This document shows, piece after piece, positions 9,937 through 20,939 of a stretch of 22,537 nucleotides of DNA (the first letter of the stretch is position 1; every line of letters starts with the position of its first letter). This DNA is from Azolla caroliniana (taxonomy: Eukaryota; Plantae; Polypodiophyta): assembly GCA_043228905.1 (NCBI GenBank), contig JBHGNT010000502.1, forward strand, positions 1 through 22,537, in the 5' to 3' direction. Both the position numbers and the translations under genes were made by a program. The notes under the pieces are model-generated. The model had not been told where the DNA came from. It ran no database searches and saw only the letters and a list, made by a program, of their open reading frames with translations.

Positions 9937-12900
9937 GTAAGGCATTCTGCCTATATGTGTAAGCTTGATTAATGGTGATTATTTTTAACGGCTCTTCTTT
10001 GCATTTATATGTCTTCAAATTAGTACTAGTGGTTAATCCCTTAATTCTACTAAGGTAAAAGGTTTATGACTATAATTACACTTCGGTAATGATTGGTTTT
10101 CATTCTTATTTTACTAAGTGAAGTTTTTCTGAATATGCATCATTATTGGCGTAATGGTAATTCTTCTTATTTATGTGTCTTTAGGAGCATCGGTAATTAT
10201 TATCCCCTTAATTCTACTTGGGAGAGATTTTTTGCATGTGGACTAATAGAAGCTCCTTGTACTTATATTTCTTAGGATATATTGTTAATGATCGACAAAA
10301 AAATGTTCTTTGCATCATTAATCATTGTATACATATTTCTGTTGTCTTAAAAGCATTGGTAATGATGGTATACATACTTAATTAACCATAAGGTTTCTTG
10401 CATGTATGCTTGATTAGTCCTCCATCATTGAAATATTGCATGAGCGCAATCTACATGTGTGTATACATGAGGAAAGGTAAAGCTTATTAATTACAGCATT
10501 GAGATTTGGAATAATGGTATTTCGTTATATTTATATCGCTTGAAAATTTTGAAATTGATTGTGTAAGACTTTTATTCAACCCTTAAAAGAGATTTCTAAT
10601 TTTATCGAGAGAATTATTTTCTGCATGTGAGCTTTGTATGTAATGCATTTGTATCTCTTAACAAAATGATTGAAAATGATGGCATGTGTGACTAAATAAT
10701 TTGCTTTGCAGATAGACCAAGCTGAATTTACAGAGATGGCTTGGCAAGCAGTGGTGGCATCCCCCGAAGTTGCCAAAGAAAGCAAACATCAGATTGTGGA
10801 GACAGAACACTTGATGAAAGCTTTACTAGAACAGAGAAATGGATTAGCCCGGCGCATTTTTGCAAAGGCTAATATTGATAATACCGAGCTGCTTCAAGCT
10901 ACAGAGAAATTCATACAAAGGCAACCAAAAGTAAGACTTGATTTTTAATGGTCTTATGCTTATTTTGAATTCGATCATGCCACTTGAGTGTGCTTATATG
11001 TCCAACTCATAAATTGTAGAGATTTAGAATTGACTTTGAACTATGGTATTATGCTGCTAGAGCTTACTTTTAAATCATATCAAGGCATCCATTCTGGAGG
11101 TTCACACTCAATTTTGTACAATCTTACGCCATTTGCTTTATGTATCACTGTTTCTTTGTGAGTATATCAACATCTTTGCACTATTGATTAACTTATACTG
11201 ACTCATTACGTCAAAAGGTTTAGATGAATATCACTCTTTTAACCCTTGATAGTTTTAGATGAATTATCACTCTTTTCTTGTCAGCATATTAATATGTTTG
11301 TGTTGTTAATTAACCTTTATATTGGTCCATTAGCATTAGAGGAATAGCTGAATATCATTCTTTTCTTGTGCATATATCAGCTTGCTTGTGTGTGGATGAT
11401 TAAGCTTATACATGCCTATTATCTCTCGAGATTTGGCCGAATTGTCACACTTTTCTTGTGAGCATAATTAACGTTATGAGACTAAAGTGTGCTTAAAAGA
11501 AACAGGTAATAGGTGAAAACAGTGGGTCAATGCTAGGACGGGATTTGGAGGCCTTAATTGAAAGGGCCCGAGTCTTCAAGAAAGAATATGGAGATTCCTT
11601 TTTATCGGTTGAACATTTAGTTCTTAGTTTTTCAAAAGACAAACGCTTCGGGCTACAGTTATTCAAGGATTTTCAAATCAGTCAGAAAGCTCTGTCGACG
11701 GCTATCCTTGCAATTCGAGGAACTCAAAAGGTTATAGATCAGGGTAAGGACACTATGTAATCCAGTGCTTTTTCTATGTAAATGTCAAAATTGAACACTA
11801 TTTTTTGTATCACCAATTTATATAATGTAGATCCAGAGGGAAAGTATGAAGCTTTAGATAAGTATGGGAAAGACTTGACTGAAATGGCAAGGCAAGGAAA
11901 GCTAGATCCAGTTATTGGAAGAGATGATGAGATTCGGCGATGCATTCAGATCCTGTCGAGACGAACAAAGAATAATCCTGTCCTCATAGGAGAGCCTGGA
12001 GTCGGAAAGACTGCCATCTCTGAAGGGTGCATATTTTAGAAAATTTTGTTCTGATTTGCTTTGTAGTTCCTTTCTTTTACACAATTGTTCTTTTTGTATT
12101 TTCAGGCTGGCTCAAAGAATCGTACAGGGGGATGTTCCACAAGCTTTAATGAATAGAAAAGTAAGGTTCATGATTTTACCGTATCTCTATTTGAATTTAT
12201 GTACAGCAATAACTCAACTTCTTTTTTACTATTGACTCACCTTATATAGATTTATTAATGATGCCATGTTTGCCCAAAGTGTTTCCATTTTATTCATGAA
12301 ACTGTCTGACTGAACTACTGCTCAAAGCCATTTGCATCTATGGATTTTTTACTCTTTCCAACATCTTCAAGTGAATATTTGTGTGTAATGGATGAAAATG
12401 CTGCTTTTGAAATGTTTTCCTATGTCCAATTTGAGTTGTCTTGCATATGCTCTCCCTTTCTTACTGTTTGAGCAGATGGACTGAAATCAGTTCTGATGAG
12501 GTTGGAGGATGCATGCATTCAGATATGACTTTCTTGTAGAACAGAATTTGTGATTATAGAGCTCTGGTGCCAAATTGTATGATGCTTAACGTATTTTTCT
12601 ACATTTCACAGATTTTTTAATTTGTTGACATCAACAGCAATTTTATACAATTTAATTTCTGCTTCTCATCTGCATTGCCACCCTCTCTGAAATATATATA
12701 TATATATATATCCTTTTGATATATGTATCCATCCTATTTTTTTTACTCTTTGCAGCATGATAATTTACTTCCTTGTTTGTATGTATCTATGCAATCTTTC
12801 TTTTCTCGGTTGCAGCTAGTTTCATTGGATATGGGAGCCTTAATTGCTGGTGCAAAGTATCGTGGAGAATTTGAAGACAGGCTGAAATCAGTACTAAAAG

Positions 12901-15900
12901 AAGTTACAGATTCGGATAGTCAAATTATTCTTTTCATTGATGAGATACATACTGTAGTAGGGGCAGGTATTAATAAGAGGGCAAATTTTACATCTATAAT
13001 ATCCAATTCAAGAGTAACCATTTAGGGTGTTTTTCTTAAGTTCAGGTGCAACGAGTGGGGCAATGGATGCTGGAAATTTACTAAAACCAATGCTCGGTCG
13101 AGGAGAATTGCGATGCATTGGAGCAACAACCCTTGATGAATATAGAAAATACATAGAGAAGGATCCAGCATTAGAAAGACGATTTCAACAGGTTTATGTG
13201 GATCAACCAACGGTATCAGATACCGTTTCCATACTTAGAGGTCTTCGTGAACGGTATGAGTTACACCATGGAGTGCGAATATCAGATAGTGCGTTGGTTG
13301 AAGCAGCAGTCCTTTCAGATCGCTATATCAGTGATCGCTTCCTTCCTGATAAAGGTGTGCATGGCTTACATTATGAAGACAGTTAACTCTTTGTACGATC
13401 GTTATTTTCAAAACAACCATTTCTATTACCCAGTGTTTGGAAAACTTACGATTTTTCTCAAAAAATATAAATGAACCCTTGATTTTTTCAAAGCAACTAC
13501 TTCTAATCATCAAGTATTGCAATTTACATTGTAGATACATCATAGATTCTTTTAACTTTCTATGAATTGTGTCCATTATAAGTGGGGAGTGTAACCTTCC
13601 CATTTTATGTAACCAGGCCCTCTAGGAAATTTATGTCTATAATCATCTGCCAAGTTTGTCTCGGGATTTTCTGAATCATGATATTGATATATGCTTTCAT
13701 GCATGCACGTGTCATCATCAGTACATAGGTTGACAGGAGAACCAAGTAGACCTCCAGGAATCTAAGGGGTTTGAGGCTTATTGCACCTTTGGTTTCTAGT
13801 TCAGTAAACTATGCCTTGCAAGATACTTGAGCACATGCATGCCTTGATGTTCCTCATTTGTTGGTCTTATATTAGAGAGATAAAGCTTTTCAGTTTTCTT
13901 TGGTTATTCATCAGGCTTAACCTCCATGCTATTTTTATTGATAAATGGTTTACCTCCGTGGATCTAAATGTGAGCTGAGGCCATCTTTCAATTATAGTCC
14001 CTGTGATATAACAGAGCTCTAAGAAATGTGACAATAATAATGTGACTATAAGAACTTCTGCAATTGGTGTAAAACATTTAGTTGTTCTCTTCGTGTGTTT
14101 TATGTGGTATAAAACCTGCAGAAACGAGTCCAGTTGGTTAATGTGTGGTCTTTTCCGTTCCTTACAGCCATTGATCTGGTTGATGAGGCAGCTGCGAAGT
14201 TGAAGATGGAAATAACTTCAAAGCCTACTGCCTTGGATGAAATTGATAGATCTGTGTTGAAGCTCGAGATGGAGCGACTCTCTCTCACGAATGATACAGA
14301 TAAAGCTTCACGAGATAGGCTTAGTAAACTTGAATCGGAATTGGATCTCTTAAAGCGAAGACAGAAGGAGCTTGCGGATCAGTGGGAGCATGAGAAATCA
14401 GTCATGAGTAATATTCAGTCCATTAAGGAAGAGGTGCTTCAAATTTTCCAATTTAGAAAGAAAATTGTTTTAAAAAACAATATGAAGCAAAACAATATAG
14501 CATTTTCTCATAAAAGTGTTAATAGATTTGAATCATGCAATCTTACTTCTCATGAGATTCCTTGTTTTCTGATTATTAGTATTATTATAATGAAGTTATT
14601 ATTATTATTTATTTCGTAAATGGAGAATAGGTTGATCGGGTAAATATCGAGATTCAACAAGCTGAACGCGATTATGACTTGAATAGGGCAGCAGAGCTCA
14701 AATATGGAAGCCTAATGTCACTTCAAAAGCAATTGGATGAAGCTGAGAAACTACTTGTAGAATACCAGAAGACAGGCAAGACAATGTTGAGAGAAGAAGT
14801 GACGGGTAATGATATCTCAGAGATTGTTAGCAAATGGACGGGTATTCCGGTTTCAAAGCTTCTACAATCAGAGAGAGAGAAGCTTCTCTACTTGGATGTA
14901 GAGCTACATAAGAGAGTGGTTGGACAAGATCCAGCAGTTAAGGCAGTTGCAGAAGCAATCCAACGGTCTAGAGCTGGACTTTCTGACCCAAATAAGCCGA
15001 TTGCAAGCTTTATGTTTATGGGCCCCACGGGGGTAGGGAAGACGGAATTAGCAAAAGCTTTGGCTTCGTACTTATTCAACACCGAAGATGCATTGGTGAG
15101 GATTGATATGAGCGAATATATGGAAAAGCATGCTGTCTCTCGCCTGATCGGTGCACCACCAGGTTACGTTGGCTACGACGAAGGAGGACAGCTCACTGAA
15201 GCAGTCCGGCGAAGACCTTATGCAGTTATTCTCTTTGATGAAATTGAGAAGGCACATTCTGATGTGTTTAACATTCTCCTTCAGATCTTAGATGATGGAA
15301 GAGTGACTGATTCTCAGGGGAGGACAGTAAACTTCAGTAATGCAGTTATTATTATGACTTCAAATATCGGGTCTCAATACATTCTGAACGTAGAAGGTAG
15401 CAATGGATCAGCAGAAAGCACTTATGAGGCTATCAAAAGCAGGGTGATGGATGTTGCTCGTTCAACATTCCGGCCCGAGTTCATGAACCGAATCGATGAA
15501 TATATTGTGTTTCAACCACTTAACCGTGATCAAATCAGCAAGATCGTCAAGCTTCAGGTAAAATTCTCTTTGGGATCATATGGCCTGGAATGATATACAT
15601 ATTTTCATATCAGGAATGAAGTGTTTGCACAAATCCCTAATACCTATACATACATTACATACATATATATATAGGTTATATCTATATATCTATCTATATG
15701 TGTGTGTTTGTGTGTGTATATATTCATATCGATATATAGATATATCCATATATACATATATATACATATAGATAGAGATTTAGCACATACATTTCATTGG
15801 GTGGTATAGACATGCATATTTTGCTTTTTGTGGCATGAACAGATCGAGCGTCTACAAAAGAGGTTGATAGAGAAGAAGATAACTATTAAAGTGAGTGATA

Positions 15901-16145
15901 GTGCCGTACTTCTCCTCGGGAGCTTGGGTTATGATCCGAATTATGGGGCAAGACCAGTGAAACGTGTTATCCAACAAAACTTAGAAAATGAATTAGCAAA
16001 AGGGATTCTGAGAGGGGACTTCAAAGAAGATGACATGATATTCATCGATACAGAGTTATCTGCCATATCTGGTGACCAGTTTCCCCAGCAAAAGTTAGTC
16101 TTTCATAAGTTGTCAATGCCAGAGTCTCTGCAAAGTGTTAATTGA
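9691..16145 (+). CDS. CLPB3: Plastid-targeted ClpB/Hsp100 AAA+ disaggregase (ClpB3/ClpB-p ortholog), 10 exons: 9691-9936, 10712-10930, 11506-11743, 11831-12026, 12106-12160, 12816-12966, 13046-13354, 14168-14433, 14631-15557, 15843-16145; 2910 nt, 969 aa
   Basis: Exons join in frame through GT-AG introns. The product has a Ser/Arg/Pro-rich N-terminal transit peptide and a Clp-N domain ([23 protein letters not shown]). NBD1 has Walker A GEPGVGKT, pore loop KYRG and Walker B ILFIDEIH. The ClpB coiled-coil M domain is present ([10 protein letters not shown]). NBD2 has Walker [13 protein letters not shown] and Walker B ILFDEIEK, followed by GARP. No IGF/IGL ClpP-docking loop is seen. The C-terminal QQKLVF resembles plant ClpB3. 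Confidence 0.96.
10712..10930 (+). CDS. CLPB3: ClpB3 exon 2
   Basis: Acceptor TTTGCAG|ATA; [12 protein letters not shown]...FIQRQPK; donor AAA|GTAAGA. Confidence 0.95.
11506..11743 (+). CDS. CLPB3: ClpB3 exon 3
   Basis: Acceptor AAACAG|GTA; [15 protein letters not shown]...KVIDQ; donor CAGG|GTAAGG, phase 1. Confidence 0.92.
11831..12026 (+). CDS. CLPB3: ClpB3 exon 4 (NBD1 Walker A)
   Basis: Acceptor TGTAG|AT; DPEGKYEAL...[13 protein letters not shown]; donor GG|GTGCAT, phase 2. Confidence 0.95.
12106..12160 (+). CDS. CLPB3: ClpB3 exon 5 (55 nt, absent from the ORF track)
   Basis: Acceptor TTTCAG|G; encodes [18 protein letters not shown]; donor AAA|GTAAGG. Confidence 0.95.
12816..12966 (+). 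CDS. CLPB3: ClpB3 exon 6 (pore loop, Walker B)
   Basis: Acceptor TTGCAG|CTA; [20 protein letters not shown]...[11 protein letters not shown]; donor CAG|GTATTA, phase 1. Confidence 0.95.
13046..13354 (+). CDS. CLPB3: ClpB3 exon 7
   Basis: Acceptor TTCAG|GT; [17 protein letters not shown]...RFLPDK; donor AAG|GTGTGC, phase 1. Confidence 0.95.
14168..14433 (+). CDS. CLPB3: ClpB3 exon 8 (M domain)
   Basis: Acceptor CTTACAG|CC; [20 protein letters not shown]...SIKEE; donor GAG|GTGCTT. Confidence 0.95.
14631..15557 (+). CDS. CLPB3: ClpB3 exon 9 (M domain end, NBD2)
   Basis: Acceptor AATAG|GTT; [26 protein letters not shown]...SKIVKLQ; donor CAG|GTAAAA. Confidence 0.95.
15843..16145 (+). CDS. CLPB3: ClpB3 exon 10 (C-terminal domain, stop)
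   Basis: Acceptor AACAG|ATC; IERLQKRL...[12 protein letters not shown]...QSVN then TGA at 16143-16145. Confidence 0.93.
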   Translation: MERLQKRLIEKKITIKVSDSAVLLLGSLGYDPNYGARPVKRVIQQNLENELAKGILRGDFKEDDMIFIDTELSAISGDQFPQQKLVFHKLSMPESLQSVN

Positions 16146-16799
16146 TGGACATTTATATATACTAGCTCTAGCGCCTAAAGCTATATATAAATATATATGA
16201 GCAAATATATGGTTGAATCAAAAGTCCTGAGTTGTAATTGGATTTGAAACACCGAGGTTGGCTTATTATAACATCAGCAGATATTTTATGACAATTGAGT
16301 CGCAATGACCACCCATACATATGATTCGTCTTGCTGCCTCACTCGGGACATGCGATAAATTTGGAATGATGCTATAAAGATTAGCATGGCCCATGCGTGC
16401 AAGTATGACATGCACAAGTCAAGAAATGATCTAATGTTTATTCCCTCCCAAGTTTGATCTCATTATTGGCTCAATCCCATCCCATTTATTGTATATAGCA
16501 AAATGGTCCTCGCCATTGGCTTGACCAAGTTCTGTCAAATGTGTTTTGTATAAGTGAGGGAGAAACAAAGGTAGGAATAGAGAAAAAAACTTGAACGTAA
16601 CTTTTACCAATGAGGAAGAGGAAATAAAACGGCACAAAAGTGGGCATCTATAGTCTTTTATATTGTCTCAGCCTGAATCACATTGGGGTGGGCACAAGGT
16701 TTTACATTCAAGCTTTTCCACCTTTGTATTCTTTTAACGCACATAAAGTTGTGTGCTTGTAGCCAATGTCATTGAAGCCTGTGGGACGTGTAACATAGT

Positions 16800-17089
16800 T
16801 ATGGATGATGGTTTGATTGAAACCAAACCGAACTGCTAAGACATGGTTTGAGAAGCGTCAGTTCTAATACAATTAAATGGTTTGGTTTGGTGTTAAAAAA
16901 TTAGAAATCAGTAAATAATGTGGTTCTAAAACTCGGGTTTAACTTTTTGCTTAACATTATTTTTATTTTCCTAATGGTTTTTGTTTATTGATTTAACTAC
17001 TTTAATGTGAATGATTTGGTTTATGTTTATCAATAAATGGTTTAGTTTGGTATCAACTTTTCCCTAAATGGTTTGGTTTTACGTCCATA
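16800..17089. mobile_element. Degenerate hAT-like MITE
   Basis: Ends TATGGATG / CGTCCATA are inverted with one mismatch. There are repeated AAACC/GGTTT(G) subterminal motifs. No clean TSD outside these ends. Confidence 0.45.
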
Positions 17090-17319
17090 GTTAGATTAGG
17101 GTGGGATGAATCATGTACCAATCATGGTTTTGAAGTATTATTTATGAAATGAGGGTAGTATGATCATACTCAATGGATTCCCCATCAAGAGTCTGATAAT
17201 TTGGCACCCTTGATGATCACTTATAGTGCAGTAAAAAACTAAGGTTGGAATTCCAATCAAATGTAAGTATTTGGATATTTAGGGATGCAATTTGTCTATA
17301 TGAGTATACATGAATGTTG

Positions 17320-17640
17320 GATGAATTCATGTGTAATACAATGAGATATTGTACATCCCTCTAACGGGAGGAACTAAATTCATATAAAAACAAAGTGGGG
17401 TTTTCATAACTCTAATTTAATTCGGTCAATCATAAGAGCTAGTAGAAATCATTTTTAAAAAACTAACTGGACACTTGTAAGTATATATTATCTTTCTTAA
17501 GCAACATCAAGTTGGTTGAGAGCTAGGTCACATAGAGAAGTATTTGCCTCTTCCCAATAAATGAATAATGGGGACAAGTAAGCCTTTGCATGTCATGTGA
17601 TTGAGGGAGTGTAGCCCTAACACCATGATTTCCCTATAAG
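17320..17640 (+). repeat. Diverged direct-repeat copy related to 21250-21800
   Basis: Collinear shared blocks TTGTACATCC.TCTAACG, AACTAAA.TCAT, AAGCAACATC.AG...TTGAGAGCTAGG.CACATAGAGAA, GGGGACAAGTAAGC, GAGGGAGTGT.GCCCTAA.ACCATGATT. Confidence 0.8.
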
Positions 17641-18476
17641 TAGCCAAACATAAGGGGAGTGTAGCTCTAACACCACGACATTGTTGACACTAGACATGTC
17701 TTTGTCAGCTATTATGAGATGAAGGGCTGACTAGTACGGAAGCGTGTGTGGATCTTATTGTGGAGTTAGCAAGCAAGCACAAGATGGAGATACATAGTAG
17801 TGTACCTGTTCAAGAAAGATACAAATAGATAGATAGATTCTATTATCGTCTCTGGAGGTCAAATATGACCTATGAGACAAAAAATATTACATCTCACGTG
17901 ATACCCGTGGAAGTGAGTGGCGACTCTTGATGTTCAAGAACTTTACCAATGAATGTTGCAATCAGGAGGGCGCATTGTGGTTGTGAGAGAAATTCGTACA
18001 AGGATTGGGCTAGGTTGAAGATACGTGGAAAGAATGGTTGAATATGATCAAAGGCAGATCATTGTATCAAAGTGTGATACTTAGCCTCTCGAACTTATTT
18101 AGGGCAAAGTTTGCATAGCCGACCACTCTCATCACTTGTGCCCCAACCCCCTATTTCACATCGCCAATGCGTGTGAACTAAGTCGCATGGAAGCAATGGT
18201 TCAAATGGCAGATAACGGGATGGGCTCTAACATGTATCGATGTGTACGGTTTCCCCGTTCCGCAAAGAATATAGTTTTGTAGTTAGGTGCAACATGTGTA
18301 GTATAATAATGTGTGAATCATGAACCTCCACATTTGTCCCATGTCATGATACATTGGCATTGCAAAAAGCCCTCATTTACAGAGGAATCTAGTGATGCAT
18401 CATGAAGCAAGTGTCTTGCATCCCATCTACCAAACCATTTTTCCATATCTTACATTTAAACGGAACACAAAATTTT

Positions 18477-18666
18477 TTATTTTTTATTTTTCCCACAAAA
18501 ACTACACTCCATTGGTATTAAAATTAACAATGCCAAAGTCCATCTACAATTTGTACATAATAATTTCCACCCCACAAGTATCTATAAAAAAAAGACCAAA
18601 TATAAACGATGGCCTTTGGCAAGATAAGGCTAATTATATCCATGAAAACTCTCTCAGCCTTAGCAA
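18477..18666 (-). mobile_element. 190-bp retroposed insert with A-rich tail, nested in the LINE
   Basis: Flanked by AAAATTTT at 18469-18476 and 18667-18674. The minus strand ends in AAAAATAAAAAATAA. Removing it restores the host reading KTYKSKILCS. Confidence 0.7.
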
Positions 18667-18806
18667 AAAATTTTGCTTTTATACGTCTTTTGGATCTTTT
18701 TGCTTGATGTGAGGAACTTTTTTGAACATTAAGCATGTATTCAACAACCCTTTCCATGGCCATGAACTCAATGGAAGTGATCTCGTCTCAAGGAGGAGGG
18801 TGTAGG

Positions 18807-19646
18807 TAGGGATCGGCAACGGCTCGGCTCAAGCCTAAACCGTTTGGCTTAGCCGGCTTGAAAACGGCTTAGCGGTTTAGCGGCTCGGCTCGGCTCGGTT
18901 TAGGCTTGAACTTGCCTTAACGGTTTGAGCTCGACTCGGCTTGGCTTGAGCCTCGCCAAACCGGCTCAAGCCGGCTAAGCCGGATAAACCGTTTAAGCCG
19001 TTTATAAACTTTAGAGAGGGGGAGAGAGACAACAGACAAGGGGAAAGAGAGAGAGAGAGAGAGTGAGGGAGGGAGAACTACATAGATGAGGAGAGAGAGA
19101 CAAGGGGAAAGAGAGAGAGAGAGAGTGAGGGAGGGAGAACTACATAGATGAGGAGAGAGAGACAGAGGGAGGGAGACAACATATAAGGAGAGAGAGAGAG
19201 AGAGAGACTACACAAACGAGGAGAGAGAGAGAGAGGGAGGGAGACAACATATAAGGAGAGAGAGACTACACAAAGGGGAGAGAGAGAGAGAGAGGAACTA
19301 CATAGAGGGGAGAGAGAGGGAGAGGGAGAGAGAGTCGAGACCACAGACGTGAGAGAGAGTGGGAGGGAGAGCTTGTACAATGTATAGTATATAGTATATA
19401 GTATATAGTATATAGTATATAGTGGATCATTTGAGAGAGAGGGAGGTAGGGAGAGAGGGAGAGAGAGGGAGGTTTCTAAACCGGTTTCCAAGCCGGTTTA
19501 GAAACCAGTTTACAAGCCGTTTACCAAACCGGTTTGTGAACCGGCTCGGCTCAGGTTTGAGATCCTGTAAACGGTTTAGGCTTAGCCGGTTTGGCTTGGA
19601 TCAAGCCAAACCGGCTAAGCCTAAACCGAACCGTTGCCGATCCCTA
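18807..19646. mobile_element. Non-autonomous hAT (Ac-like) DNA transposon / MITE, 840 bp
   Basis: Perfect 16-bp TIR TAGGGATCGGCAACGG / CCGTTGCCGATCCCTA. Perfect 8-bp TSD GGTGTAGG at 18799-18806 and 19647-19654. Many AAACGG/AAACCG subterminal motifs. The core is (GA)n-rich and non-coding. Confidence 0.96.
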
Positions 19647-19697
19647 GGTGTAGGGCGTTTGTTTCTTAACTTGTAGAAACTTTGTAAGAAAAAGTTT

Positions 19698-20939
19698 TTA
19701 GACATTTTCAAACTCTTTCCACGTAGATTTAGGGATGCTACCGCCCCATACTTCCACCCCATGGAGAAACACCAAAGTGTCGAAAATATATTTCTTGAGG
19801 ACCCAACACTTAATATCTTTATGATTGCATGTATTCTCAAATGCATAGTATGCTCGCTTACCTGCCTCTAAGCGGCGTGTAGCACATTCATTCCATCTAT
19901 GATTTGAAGGAACTTCAAGGCCAAGATATTTAAAGCTTTCCACACATTCAAGTGGCTTATCTCTTTTTTGGCTCTTCACAAGCATAATCTTTGTTTTAGA
20001 GCTATTAACACTTAATTTAGAATGCATGCAAAAAATTTCCAATGCCTTTATAAGCTTTTGTGCATCCCCTAAAGTATCTACAAAAAGCACTATATCATCC
20101 GCATATAGCAAAAGCATAATTACAACATTCCCAATCACAACTTCTTCAACACATTCTTCCTTTATAAGCTTGAAAACCATTTCTTCCAATTCATCAATGC
20201 ACAGACCAAATAGTGTTGGTAAGAGTGGGCATCCTTGCCTAACACCAATAGTGCTATTGGAAAAATCTGAAAGTCTATCTCTCATATGCGCACAACATAT
20301 AACCTTTTCATATATTCGAGAAATTGCAAGCATATATTCACTTGGCACCTCGAGTTCTTCCATTCGCCTCCAAAGATGCCTACGATGTACCATATAAAAA
20401 GCTTTCTTGAAGTCTACAAAGCAACAATATAAACCTTTACATCCAAGGCGACTTTCCTCCATTAATACTCAAAGGGTGACAAGGTGATTGATGGTGCAAT
20501 AGTGTTTTCGAAAACCAGCTTGTCCATAAGCTCTCTTACCATTTTTTTCACCCCATGCTCTTATCTTTGATTCCATTATACATCCAAATAGTTTTGCCAT
20601 TAACAAGCCAACCATGATGGTTTGATAGATGTTTACATTATTTATATCTCCACCTTTATGTATAGGTTTGATCCAATTTGTAGTCCAATCATATGGCATA
20701 CCATGTTGCAATGCATCATTAAACATATCACTTATCCATACATGTGCTTCCGTTCCTATCCATTTGAGCATTTCAACCTTTATACATTGAAGATCGCTTG
20801 CCTTTCCAGAGGCCAATTTCTTAAATCCTATGTATATATTTTCAATTGTAAAGAAGGGAGACATATGTGAAAGAGAACCATAACAAATCATCTTTCCGGC
20901 AAGAGATAACTCATATAAATTCTTACAATGCATAGACAA
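19698..20939 (-). pseudogene. Reverse transcriptase coding remnant of the LINE
   Basis: ORFs 20469-20939 and 19698-20462 are in the same frame, separated by one TGA (HLVTL*VLMEESR). YADD is intact. Premature TAA at 19700-19698. Confidence 0.9.

Noticed and set aside
14434-14619. ORF read-through after ClpB3 exon 8 ([10 protein letters not shown]...)
   Set aside because: An AT-rich intron that happens to stay open; ClpB homology resumes exactly at 14631.
9691-16145. Alternative identity as ClpC/ClpD or cytosolic Hsp101
   Set aside because: The long M domain, absence of an IGF loop and an N-terminal transit peptide indicate organellar ClpB. Mitochondrial or dual targeting cannot be excluded from sequence alone.
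19078-19676. ORFs 19078-19491 (-) and 19422-19676 (+)
   Set aside because: Low-complexity translations of the MITE's GA core and subterminal repeats; no transposase motifs.
20026-20870. + strand ORFs 20026-20397 and 20622-20870
   Set aside because: Antisense shadows of the LINE RT frame.
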